From Malacoraja senta (lineage: Eukaryota), in assembly GCA_038087875.1 (NCBI GenBank), contig CM075990.1, positions 17,548,001-17,612,000 of the forward strand: a stretch of DNA of 64,000 nucleotides, written 5' to 3'. This document shows positions 37,832 to 49,840 of the stretch, piece by piece (position 1 is the first letter of the stretch; each line of letters opens with the position of its first letter). The translations under genes were made by a program, and so were the position numbers. The notes beneath the pieces were generated by a model that saw only the letters and a list, made by a program, of their open reading frames with translations, was not told the DNA's origin and did not search any database.

Positions 37832-38627
37832 GCCAGACAAGCTTTAATACAATTTAAAGTCTTACACAGATTACATTATTCCAAAATAAAACTAAATAGA
37901 ATCTTCCCACATATTTCTCCTATTTGTGATAAATGCCTACATCTGGAGGCCAATTTAACACATACTTTTGCAAATTGTATAAAAATCAAAACATTCTGGA
38001 TTGATATTTTTGAAATAATTTCTGAAGTTGTTAATACTAAATTGGATCCAGACTCAAAATTAATAATACTTGGGATATCAGAACAAAGTTTAATACTCAC
38101 AACAAGTCAAAGAAACTTCCTTGACTACAGTATAATAACTGGGAAAAAATTAGTATTAAAATTTTGGAAAGGTCCTATAACCCCCACAATTAAAATGTGG
38201 ATTGTGGAAATGTCGGAGACCCTACATCTACAAATAATTAGACTTGTCTTAATGGACAAACAAGAACTTTTTGTTAAAATATGGGCTCCATTCATTAACT
38301 ATTTGAAGGAATAGATGGGCCCAGCACGAAAACCCAACTGAAGCTTGAACTCAGGATTAGATGTAAAATTATCATAACCTACAAACTTATCTCCAATGAC
38401 ATATTATAAATAACTCCTTTTTCTTTTTTTCTCCTCGATATTTGTAATGCTTTTTTCTTTCTACCTCTCTTTTTCTATCTATATAAAAATAACCACTAGA
38501 AGCAGAATTAGTTGACAATTGACAATTTTAATAATGTATGATTGATGTATATGAAAAGTTTTTTTTTCTATTATAATATGTTACTACACTTTATTTGCTT
38601 CTAATAAAAATATTAATCAAAAAAAAA
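37832..38627 (+). mobile_element. L1-clade LINE 3' fragment with poly(A), antisense in intron 2
   Basis: ORF2 C-terminal zinc-finger region (CDKC...HTFANC...FW); AATAAA plus A-tail; TSD-like AAATCTGAAT at 37822-37831 and 38628-38637. Confidence 0.88.
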
Positions 38628-39339
38628 AAATCTGAATTCTGAAATATCTCTGTACTCATTGACGGATTTATTTAATGAAGGAATGTTATAGCATCAATGA
38701 ACACAAACTACAGATTACATGCAGCTAATATATATCTCAACTATACTTCTTTAAATGGAGTTGTGTGAGGATTTGTGTCCACTATTATAGGAAAGTTCAC
38801 TCACTCTAGTTGTCACATTAGCACACCATCAGTTCATTACAACATAACATTACTTTATGGATGCATTTATAGGAAGCTGCAGACTCTATAGTTCACCACA
38901 GACCCACTGCAGCCTTTCAATTAAGTCTCTGTGCATGTGTATAATACTTGTGACTAGTAATACACACAGACCAGATGTTTGCAAGTATCCTGTGCATTTT
39001 GACAGAATTAAGCCATTTACTTTAGGCAATAAACTTTTAGACAATAAATCTGCAGAAAACAGTATTTAGTATTGGAAACATTTTAAGTGTTGTGATTTTT
39101 CTGAACGAGTTGTGCAGGATTTAAAATTGATGAATAAGGCAGGCATATGGCTGCTGTATATATTTGATTAGGCTTTATTTGTGCCTCTTCTCATTTAATG
39201 TTGGCACAGTTTAGTGTTAACCAGTTATTGAATGCATGGAGCCTACATGTGGCAGAGAGTGTTGGACTCAGCCCGGTCTATCAGGGGCACAGCCCTCCCT
39301 TACATCGAGAACATCCACACCAGGCGCTGCCTCAAGAAG

Positions 39340-39522
39340 GCAGCATCTATCATCAAGAAGGTGGCATCTATCATCAAGAAAATGGCATCTATCATCAAGA
39401 AGACAGCATCTATCATCAAGAAGGTGGCATCTATCATCAAGAAGACAGCATCTATCATCAAGAAGGTGGCATCTATCATCAAGAAGGAGGCATCTATCAT
39501 CAAGAAGGCAGCATCTATCATC
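39340..39522. repeat. 21-bp tandem repeat (GCATCTATCATCAAGAAGGTG-like, about 8-9 copies) inside a Rex1-like fragment
   Basis: Direct observation; produces the ASIIKK-repeat ORFs. Confidence 0.92.
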
Positions 39523-39688
39523 ACGGACCCCCACTATCTGAGCCGTGCCCTCTTCTCACTGCTACCATCGGGCAGGAGGTACAGAAGCCCCACACCACCA
39601 GTTTCAGGGACAGCTACTATCCTAGAACCAACACTGCCGACCACCTCTTGCACTTCCACGCACTTGTTTACTAATTGAGTCTTGCACT

Positions 39689-39819
39689 TCTTCTTCTTGC
39701 GTATGGCGTGCACAGCCTAAAGTTGTACGACAACTTGTTCTATTTGATCTTATTTGATTGTGCACACAGGGTTGATTGCATTCGTCGAAACAGGGCGGAA
39801 GGTTGCAATCTCCCACCCC
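39689..39819 (-). mobile_element. Short non-autonomous retroelement with HDV-like ribozyme head and (GAA)n tail (Ingi/Vingi-like); this copy has an 8-nt deletion in L3/P3
   Basis: 11-bp TSD AGTCTTGCACT (39678-39688 and 39820-39830); homologous to 16410-16420 plus 21021-21152, to 1-60 and to 52956-53025. Confidence 0.8.
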
Positions 39820-40176
39820 AGTCTTGCACTGATGTCTTGTTTTTACACACAGTCATGTTCCTTTTCACTACCTTATATAACTTACATATACAACTTATAT
39901 TTTATCTGTTTGTGCCAAAGCTGCATTTTCATCGCACCTGTTCCTCATCATATTGTGCATATGACAATAAACTTGGCTTATTAAATGAACCTTTACTTTC
40001 AAATAGAAACTTCAGGTTGGCCTTTGACTATTTAAAACGCCGGCACCCCAGGAAATCAAAACTCCGTAACAGTGGCCACAGGTTTGATGGCATTATTAGG
40101 AGTTCTGCCTTTAAAAGTGATGGTCGCCTTGGACAGTAAGGAGTAGCACAAAGCAGACCGAGGTGTGTGTACTCAC

Positions 40177-40293
40177 ATCAGCTGGAGTGGGCAGTTTGGG
40201 ATGGGGATGAGCTGCAGCCCCCTGATGTTCCTCACGTTGATTTGTGCCGCTCCCCTCTGCACATGCACCGGTTCAAAACTGCGGTCGGCTTCC
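40177..40293 (-). CDS. CXCL12-like: CXCL12-like chemokine, exon 2 (GKPTAVLNRCMCRG[G]AAQINVRNIRGLQLIPIPNCPLQLI); needs +1 nt in the G-run at 40252-40255
   Basis: cag| acceptor and |gtgagt donor. KP...RCxC N-terminus and PNCxLQ motif align with CXCL12 (KPVSLSYRCPC...PNCALQIV). 117 bp as given; 118 bp restores the frame and the 22-residue Cys2-Cys3 spacing. Confidence 0.88.
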
Positions 40294-40298
40294 CTGCA

Positions 40299-40410
40299 GG
40301 AGAGGGAGAGGAGAGGAGAGGGAGAGGAGAGGGAGAGGGCGAGAGGGAGAGGCGAGAGGGAGAGGGAGGGAGGGAGAGAGAGAGAGAGAGGAGAGGGAGA
40401 GGGAGAGGGA

Positions 40411-40451
<41 letters not shown>

Positions 40452-41052
40452 AGGGAGAGGGAGAGGGAAAGGGAGAGGGAGAGGGAGAGGGAGGGAGAGG
40501 GAGAGGGAGAGGGAGAGAGAGAGAGAGAGAGAAGAGGGAGAGGGCGAGAGAGAGAGAGAGAGGAGAGGGAGAGGAGAGGGAGAGGGAGGGAGGGAGAGAG
40601 AGAGAGAGAGGAGGGAGGAGAGGGAGAGGGAGGGAGGAGAGAGAGAGAGAGAGGGAGGGAGGGAGAGGGAGAGGGAGAGGGAGAGGGCGAGGGAGAGGGA
40701 GAGGGAGAGGGAGGGAGGGAGAGAGAGAGAGAGGGAGGGAGGGAGAGGGAGAGGGCGAGGGAGAGGGAGAGGGCGAGAGAGAGAGGGAGAGGGAGAGAGG
40801 AGAGGGAGAGGGCGAGAGAGAGAGGGAGAGGGAGAGGGCGAGAGAGAGAGGGAGAGAGGGAGGGAGGGAGAGGGAGAGGGCGAGGGAGAGGGAGAGGGCG
40901 AGAGAGAGAGGAGAGGGAGAGGGGAGAGAGAGAGGGAGAGGGAGAGGGAGGGAGGGAGAGGGAGAGAAAGAGAGAGAGAGAGAGAGGGAGGGAGAGAGGG
41001 AGAGGGAGAGGAGGGAGAGGGAGGGAGAGGGAGAGGGAGAGGAGAGAGGAGG

Positions 41053-41093
<41 letters not shown>

Positions 41094-41296
41094 GAGAGAG
41101 AGAAGAGAGGGAGGGAGAGGGAGAGGGAGGGAGAGGGAGAGGAGAGGGAGAGAGGGAGAGGGAGAGGGAGAGGGGAGAGGAGGAGGGAGAGGGCGAGAGA
41201 GAGAGGGAGAGGGAGAGGGAGGGAGGGAGAGGGAGAAAGAGAGAGAGAGAGAGAAAGAGAGGGAGGGATGGAGAGGGAGAGGGAGAGGGAGAGAGG
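40299..41296. repeat. About 1 kb GA/CT-rich low-complexity tract at the 3' end of intron 1
   Basis: Almost pure purine on the + strand. Confidence 0.97.
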
Positions 41297-42574
41297 CGTT
41301 AACTCAATTGCTCCATGTTCCTCCAGATGCAATCACCCTGCAGGTTGGTAATGCTGTCGTCTGCCAGGTGTACTCATACAGGTACATCTCCATGGACTCC
41401 AATCAAACTGAGCAAGAGATACCCTCACACTATCTCCACCAAGAAAATTGTTCTGGAAAAAACTATTTTTAAAGAAAATTCTCCCGCAGTATTTTATTGA
41501 AACACCACTGTTTGTTGGATTCATTTGCTCCCGACTGGATGTTACCAGTTTCAGTTGTTACATGCATTCTGTGGCAAATTATTATTTCTAATAATGATTA
41601 TTATATAAATTCTTAATAAATATTACTCTTCCAATAATTTGCAGACACGTACACTCCTGCACTACGCTGTACCGTGAGGCATAGAAGCCAGTTTGTGGAA
41701 TACACACACACACGCCAGATCAGAATCATTTTGAGTCACTGCCAGGTTGGATGGATCAGCGAGAGGTGGAATCGTGAGGAAAATCTCGCCACCTACACAT
41801 GGCATTGTGATGCAGAACAGCTGGTGACTCAGACCCCAGTTCAATCAACTACAGACATGAACTTAGCTGAGAGAAGGCCAGACAGAAAGAACATTGCACG
41901 AATTGTTCTGGACACTCACTTTGTAGTTCGCTGATCCCATCATTTCATTAATATATGATGACAGCTGTCAATCTGTTTTCATTACAGCCATGTTGGACAG
42001 ATCTGATAGCTGTTTTAATCTTTACTAAGACATGCTGTTGCAATTTTCAGCAGTGAACAATTGGCATGCGGTACGTAAACCACTGCAAAAGTGTTACTGC
42101 CAACATATTAGGAATCAATCTGTGTCATTGGACGTACAGCAAAGGTTTGTCCATCTCCCAGGAGTCCACTTTAACAGCTTCACCTCTTCAGTACTCTGCT
42201 CCATAGCAACTCTGTTCTAATGCTCACACAAGATTAAAACAAGCTCGCTTCATCAGCTGAACCTTTAAGAGAATATATCAAGAGCTGTATTTACAAAGAA
42301 GATATAAACTTGCTGATTTATTGCCTAACAAATGGCAAAACTTGGCCCCAAAGCGATCTGCCTTTGTCAAGATAAAAAGATAAAAAAATAATAATTTAGT
42401 CTGGAATGCAATGTTACATTAACGTCTCATTGCCAAACCTTTTGTCTCATTTCAAACTCTGCTCAGACTATCTAGATGTATACTCGATAGAAAGGAAAGC
42501 ACAAGACACAAACATTTCTCCTTGCCCCCAGAAGAATCATAATGCTTTTGCTGTTAAACGTAGCAGTCACTTAC

Positions 42575-42641
42575 CCTGTGATAGGTTGATGTACATGACC
42601 CCGATCAACAGGATCACCACGCCACACACTTTCAGGCTCAT
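42575..42641 (-). CDS. CXCL12-like: CXCL12-like chemokine, coding exon 1 (signal peptide MSLKVCGVVILLIGVMYINLSQ-G)
   Basis: Kozak-like gcagccATG at 42641, hydrophobic 22-codon leader, phase-1 donor CAGG|gtaagt; TATA and CCAAT boxes just upstream. Confidence 0.88.
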
Positions 42642-42719
42642 GGCTGCTCGTTTGGTGAAGTTCACACTGCACAAGAATTCTGGTTAAATCTGTCTAAAAG
42701 CAGTGTGGCTTGAGCACCA

Positions 42720-42834
42720 TTTATATTAACAGAAGCCACTCCTCACCAACTCTGATTGGGCTAGAGGGAGTATCAGTAAATCGACAGGATGCGGCTACTC
42801 TTTCCTTCATAATCCTTGGAGACCTTTCAGTTTC
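42720..42834 (-). promoter_or_regulatory. Proximal promoter of the CXCL12-like gene: TATAAA (42720-42725), CCAAT (42755-42759), IRF/ISRE-like GAAACTGAAA (42825-42834)
   Basis: Motifs in plausible order and spacing, about 80-190 bp upstream of the ATG. Confidence 0.55.
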
Positions 42835-43479
42835 TAAAACATACTTACCTTGAGCACAATGCTGTCCAGCTGCCCTTTGGTCACTGGTTAACAGACTTAT
42901 GAAAAGTAAAAGAAGTGTAAATGAAAGATATCTCTCTTTCATCCTATTTTTCAAATGAAGAAAAGGAAAAATATGTTTTATGCAATCGGAGAATAGAATC
43001 ATAATGATGTTAAAAATACTTGATGGTCGGACATCCAGGTGCTTGAAGTCAAGAATGCATAGGATATGTTAGCCTTCATAGGTCATACATGGTGCATCTT
43101 TGTAGGACTTTGGTTAAGCCCGAAGAAAGGTCTCCACGCGAAACATCTCTCGAGACCCAAAACCTTCCCCATTCCTTCACTCCAGAGATGCTGCCTGCCC
43201 CGCTGAGTTACTCCAGCATTTTGTGTCTATCTTCAGTTAAGCCGCATTTGGACTATCATATACAATTCTGATCGCTCCGTTACAAAAAGGATGGAGAGGC
43301 TTTGGTGAGGGTGCAGGTGAGCTTTAGCTGAGCGCTGGCTGGATTAGAGAGTTTTAGCTCCGTGGACGAACTGGAGCATCAGAGGTTGAGGGGAAATCTG
43401 ATAACAGTATATAAGGTAGACACAAAATTCTGGAGTAACTCAGCGGGTCAGGCAGCATCTCTGGAGAGAAGGAATGGGT

Positions 43480-43507
43480 GACGTTTCGGGTCGAGACCCT
43501 TCTTCAG
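43480..43507 (-). ncRNA. Minimal hammerhead-like motif in a Penelope-derived repeat
   Basis: CTGAAGAAGGGTCTCGACCCGAAACGTC on the minus strand. Confidence 0.5.
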
Positions 43508-44134
43508 CCTGATGTCAGGGGCGTGGGTGGGACAAAGATAGAATGTAGTCGGAGACAATAAGACTGGTTGGAGAACTGGGAAGGGGAGGGGATAGAGAGG
43601 GAAAGCAAGGGTATCTGACATTAGAGAAGTCAATAAGTATATAAGAGGCATAGATGTGGTCGACAGTCAGAATGTTTTTCCCAAGATGGAAATGTCAAAG
43701 ACTAGAGGGCATAGAATTAAAGTGAGAGGGGCAAAGTTTAAAGATGACGTACTGGGCAAGTTTATTTTATGTACACACCAGGAATATTCCAGAATGCTGT
43801 CGATACATCCCCCGGCATCATGATGCACATTTAGTTGTGTTGCCTTTGGGCTGAGGAGGGAGAGAAGTTGTATCTATTTCCTGGCACCGGGCTTCGTGGA
43901 CATCACTCAGTAAAGTGCTTCAGTGAGGAGTGTGGGTTCAATACCGGAGACTGCCTCTGTGCATCAACTTACTAACAGTACGACAGGAGCTGTGTGACAT
44001 CATGGTTATTTAAAAGGAATTTTATTTAAAACAATTATTAAGAATTTCTCTTCATAGAAATTCTTTGTCATAACTTCTTTCTTTTCAAATGGTGGACCAT
44101 TTCCCCTCTCACGGATGCTGCCTGAACTCCCGAG

Positions 44135-44405
44135 AATTTAGTTTAGAGATACAGTTTGGATATCGGCCCACACCGATCATTGATCACCTGTCCACATTCG
44201 TTCAATGTCATCCCACTTTCGCATCCCACACATCAGAGGTGATTAACCTACAAACCCATACATCTTTGGGTTGGGGGAGGAATCCGGAGCGCCCATAGGA
44301 AATCCACGCGGTCACAGGGAGAACATGCAAACTCCACACAGCCAGCACCTGTGGTCAGGATCGAGCCTGGGTCTTTGGTGCTATGAGGCAGCAACTCTAC
44401 CATCC
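44135..44405 (-). mobile_element. V-SINE (HE1-like), diverged
   Basis: Reverse-complement V-domain ggagaacatgcaaactccacaca. Confidence 0.7.
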
Positions 44406-44780
44406 CCGTTCCAGCGTTGCCAGTTTTTCCTTTAGTTCTACAGCATCTGTGGTTTTTCTTTCATGAACGTCTAGCTCAAATCCATTCCAGCAACTTCCCA
44501 GGAGGAATGTTGCAGAGGTTTAATGTCCATCTAACTCACGAGGACATAGTATCTTAAATGTTCATGCGTGCACTTTAAAGACAACCCTCAATTAAATCTC
44601 CAATGACTTGGAAAGAAATCTGCTTTAATTCATTTGACTAACCAAAAATCACGCAAGATATCTGGCGGATTTTATGATGATTAATGGGCTTCTATTAATA
44701 AAAAGGAGAATAAACAGGCACATTTATGCATTAAATTTGGTAATTATATTAACTTGGGCTGAGTAAAACAGATTATAATC

Positions 44781-45045
44781 CCCAAAATGTCACCCATCCT
44801 TTTTCTCCAGAGATGCTGCCTGACCCGCTGAGTTACTCCACTCTGTGAAACGTCACCTATCCATGTTCTCCACAGATGCAGCCTGACCCACTGAGTTGCT
44901 CCAGCACTCTGTGAAATGTCACCTATCCATGTTCTCCACAGATGCTGCCTGACCCGCTGAGTTACTCCAGCACTCTGTGAAACGTCACCTATCCATGTTC
45001 TCCACAGATGCTGCCTGACCTGCTGAGTTGCTCCAGCACTCTGTG
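44781..45045 (+). repeat. 66-bp tandem array (about 4 units), same unit
   Basis: ctctgtgaaacgtcacctatccatgttctccacagatgctgcctgacccgctgagttactccagca repeated. Confidence 0.9.
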
Positions 45046-48000
45046 TCTTATTTTAGGAAGTTGTGAATTTTTTCTTTTTAAATGTTGCATCAGATTCATC
45101 GGTTACAGAGAAAAATCTCAGATATTATCTTGCAGAGCAGGCAACTGGAATAATCAAAAGGATATAATAGTGCGTTGGTTATATTACGTAATAGCTGATA
45201 TTTATTTCTGATGATATAGGATTAAGTAGACTGGATCTTGGCTTGATGTGTTGATCGGATCAGGTGACATTGTCCATGTGGGTTGAAGCGTTAATGTTCC
45301 ATGTCAGGAGATCTCTCACTTGTTCAACCTATTTTCAACACCAGGTAACTGGGATTGGAAACACATGGCACTGGTTTACATCTCAAATGTTTCCAGAAAT
45401 GTGCTGGTTTTATCAGCAGTAACCCATTAATTCAAGTGTGAGGGAAAGGATACACCTTTTCATCTTTCACATTTGTTTTAAACTAAAGGAAGATTCCCTG
45501 AAGGATTTCAGGACAAAAAATCTACAAGGGTATAATTTGCCGTGCTTTAAAAATATATTGCTTCTTTGAAGTAAACTGTGAAGTTTTATTCCCTGCTTGT
45601 TTAAATGATCCATTTTTTAATACTAATGTTTGGAAATGTATGATGGCTCTGGGTTAGGGTTTTATAAAACCTATGACATCAGCAGCCAGCAAGGTGCCTG
45701 CATGTGGATTATTTTAGTCTTGCGAAGGTCTAAGAGAGAAAGTTGGCAAGGATTATACAAGGTAAAATCATTCCATTTCCCCTGTTATGTTCTGATTACC
45801 ACATGCTTTCCCAATCTATTTCTGCTAAGCAGGAAAGTAAAACAAGGGGGAATCAATATACTTCCTTTTCTGGTCTTGGCAGCCAAACAATGCCGATTTC
45901 AGTAACATAGCAAGAGTCTGCCAAGCCAAAACATATTCCTGCAAGTGTCACTGTGCACTGCTACTTTGATGAATTGAAGATAACTGCAAGCTGAGATCCT
46001 GCAAAATAATTTTAATCGTTTTTGCCATCATCCTGTGACAGAAAGTGTAGCCCCTCGCAAATAAACTTCAATTGAACCATAGTTGAGCATTTACTTTGCA
46101 GAATCTCTAAACCATTTTGAAACTTTGGGGTAGATTGATGGAAGGGTCAGTCACTAACACACAGCCCAGTGAGCAGATAATCTTCGCCTGATGGTGTTTG
46201 GGAGATCAACATTCAGCAGTGTATATTAGAAGCAACAGTCTGCTCTGCCTGGAGACTATGCCATTTGATATCCCCAGATTACCATGTTATGTCCCCCAGA
46301 ACACAGAGAAAAGCACTCCAAGCTCTCTAGGAGCCAAACTGGAGACGGAGTCTACATTCCAGATTCAGGTGCATTTCAAGCACACAACATTTTGATGTTA
46401 AAAATAACAAAGGCCCCCACAAATAAAGGGCTTGCTCTCCTTTCCCAGAAACAGCCTCAGGGCTGGGCAAATTATATCAATTTGAATTCATTAGCCCTGA
46501 GCAACAAGGCATCAGATCTGGCTCTTGGAGTTGGGAATCCAATTGGTTGCAGCTATAATTAGACTCATTTGGGCCATTATTTTTTTAATTGTCTCCAGGG
46601 TTGAATTTAATTTATGGTTTGTTTGAATTGACCATAAATGGTTCAGCTTCCAATTGATTTAAATGAGCATAATTCATTATTTTATTAGTTGGCACATGCA
46701 CCTGCAATGGTTTAAGCTTGGTCCCAATTAGCTTCACTTGTTCATCAGTAGCAGTGATCAGCTGTGTGTGAGTGTTACCTCAATAGCATTGATTTCTCTT
46801 TTATTTTATACTACTATTGATGTAGATCAGACACACGAGGAGCTGCAGATGCTGGAAGGGTCTGAAGCCAAACCATCGCCGATCAATGTCCTCCAGAGAG
46901 TTCATAAGGTCTAGGAGCAAAATTAGACCATTCGGCCCATCAAGTCTACTCCGCCATTCAATCATGGCTGATCTATCTTTCCCTCTCAACCCCATTCTCT
47001 TGCCTTCTCCCCATAACCCCTGACACCCGTACTAATCACGAGTCTGTCATCCTCCGCCTTAAACGTATCCATTGACTTGGCCTCCACAGACATCTGCGGC
47101 GATGAATTCCACAGATTCACCACCCACTGACTAAAGAAGCTTGACCCGCTGAGTTACTCCAGCACTGTTGTTCCAGTGAAGTAGTTGTACCGATATTAAA
47201 GATGAGGAGAGTGACAAAGGACTCCTCACCCTGTCACTGAATAGACAGTGAGGGGTCGATCCTGCAGACCTGTATCTCCAGGTTGGTTAATGCCACTTGT
47301 CCCTGCAACAGGAAACAAGGTTGTGCATTGGATAAAAATGCAGTCCTAGATGTGTGAAAATCCCTCGCAACTTTATTATGCAGGAGGATGGGTTTCACAT
47401 CAAACAAACAAAATCAGTTTGCGTGCCGGTTCAGACAAATATATGTCCTAACACGGCTGCAAAGCATTATTATCAAGTTGCATGCAATCTTAAGTGGAGC
47501 TGACATTAATAAGATTTGAAATTAAATTGGTTTTGACAGGATGGATTCCATTCCCAGTGGATGTAATCCAACTGCACAAAAATGCTCAATGTACACCATT
47601 AATTGGTGGTATAACACAATGTGAAATATATAGAGTATGCTTGTGGTATTTTTGGAGGCATTCGCAAAAAATGTTATGTTCTATATGTTCTCACTCATCA
47701 AACCAGTCAACGTTTACTGTTGATGTGGAAATACAGTGGAAAATAAGAGATTGTTTTATACGTTAGAATATTACTCTGAAGAAGGGCCCCAACCCGAAAT
47801 GTTAGCGATCCATTTTCTCCAGAGATGCTGCCTGACCCATTGAGTTACTCCAGCTTTTTGTGTCTATCTTTAAAATATTACTCTATGGGGTCATGTGAAA
47901 TTCAAATAAAAAAATTTAAAAAAACGCTGTATTTTTTGCCAAATGTTCTCTCTTCCTCTTAAGTAATTGACTTTAGTGTTAACATAGTTTGTTATTGTGT

Positions 48001-49840
48001 AGGGAGGAACTGCAGATGCTGGTTTAAATGGAAGGTGGACACAAAATGCTGGAGTAATTCAGTGGGACAGGCAGCATCTCGGGAGAGAAGAATGGGTGAT
48101 GTTTCAGGTCGAGACCTTTCGTCAGACTTCAAAAAATAGTTTTTGCACAATCCGCAGGCATTGCCACTTTCATTTCACTGCACATCTTGTATGTGTATGT
48201 GACACATAAAGTTGATTGACTTCAAACAAATAAGTTTATTATTGTCACATGTGCAGTGGTACAGTACGTGTTCTGAATGCCATCCAGTAAAATCCCACTG
48301 GACGCGAGTACAATGGATCCTCTCCTGGGACAGCACCCAGAGAGTCGCTGCCTTCCAGCGCCACCTTGTAAAGTCGGATCACTGCCACATTGCACACAGC
48401 TTCACGGGCACCTGGCACTCCCGCATCCTAAACCAGAGTGATCATTCTTCATTTGGGAGATCAGGCAATGGGCATTGATGGACCTGGGATGGCAGAAAGT
48501 GTTGGCTCAGTGTGGGTGACTGTCACAATATGTGGAGGTGGAGAGGGATAAACATGTAAATGACGGCTGGGAGGGGAAGGGCCAAACGTTTAGTGGCGGT
48601 ATGTCTCTGGCCTTGGCCAAGCTGCCCGTTGTCTGGCCTGTCTTGTCAATGGCCTCCTGCTGTTCAGCTACTCCTCACTGGGGGATGTTCTGTCTAATTG
48701 GGGGACCTAGTTGGAAGGTGGACATGTGGACATCCATTGCCACCCCGATCAAAGAGAGCAGCTGAAAGACCGTAGGTGAACTGATGGTGCGTGAGACATT
48801 TTAATGCCTCTCCTTTCCTCTTGCTATTGGGCAGAATAACAATAGGCGTGTTAACTTCATTCAGGATATTCTCAGCAGCCAGACATTATTATTTAATAGA
48901 TTCCACGATGCATTAGGCTTGGGATCCGTCTCCACATCACAATCTCATGCATTATCAACTGCAAGGAATAATTCTGAATTTCTCCTACTCGTGGCTAAGT
49001 ATTTCTGAGCCCTCTTGTAATCTCCGTCTGTAATGTAAACATCTGTCAGAAATACACTTTCCTGCTGGTTGCATCCATTACAATCAAATCACCAGAATGT
49101 CTCCAGTCTCTGCCAGTGACTGAAACGCCATCACTTCAGATGGATGCTGGAAAATATTGCTCTGTCTTCTGTCGATGGAAACCGGTCTGAATCCATTAAG
49201 ACTGCACCAACATTAGTCTCACCATCTTTCACATTGACATTTCACCAATTTAGCACATTCATACGATAAAACAAACAAGGTTTAATGCCAAGGGTCCGAC
49301 GATGAAGATTAAAGTGGCGACAAGCCAATCACCACTACTTATCTTGCATTTGACTCAGTCCAAGACCCCAGGAAATTGCAGTGAGTTATAAATACAGACC
49401 AGTCCTTCACACAAACTCACCTCCCCCACATCAACTCCATCTACACTTCATGCTGCCTTGGGTAAGCAGCTAACATAAGCAAGGGCATTCTTTACCATGG
49501 TCCCATAGGGCAAAAGAAACAAGAGCTCGATAGCGCGTACTACCAGATTCAACAACTATTTAGCTCAGGGTATAATCCTGATCTCCCAACCTACCATCAT
49601 GTGGCTCTAGCACTTATCTGCACTTTCTCTGTAAAACTGAAACATTATAACTCAGTAGTCAAGAGTCGTTCAATTGTTACAGAAGAATCATCAACACAAT
49701 AAATTTATATTCAGTAATACTAGGCAACTAGACCATACGGTGAAAAATCTACTCATCTTCCAATCTACCTCATGTGGAACCTGGACATTTTCTCTGTAAC
49801 TCTGGCACTATAATGGTGTAACACTATATTCTGCCCTCTT

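Noticed and set aside
40165..41472. 350-435 aa RE/GE-rich and SL-rich ORFs
   Set aside because: Translations of the GA tract; only the last codons of the minus-strand ORF overlap the real exon 2.
42848..42942. Alternative signal-peptide-like exon MKERYLSFTLLLLFISLL...AQG|gtaagt
   Set aside because: Lies upstream of the TATA/CCAAT promoter; 42575-42641 fits better (Kozak, length). Not fully excluded as an alternative first exon.
49325..49394. CCAAT, AP-1 and TATAAATA cluster on the + strand
   Set aside because: Followed directly by a LINE remnant; no downstream exon identified.
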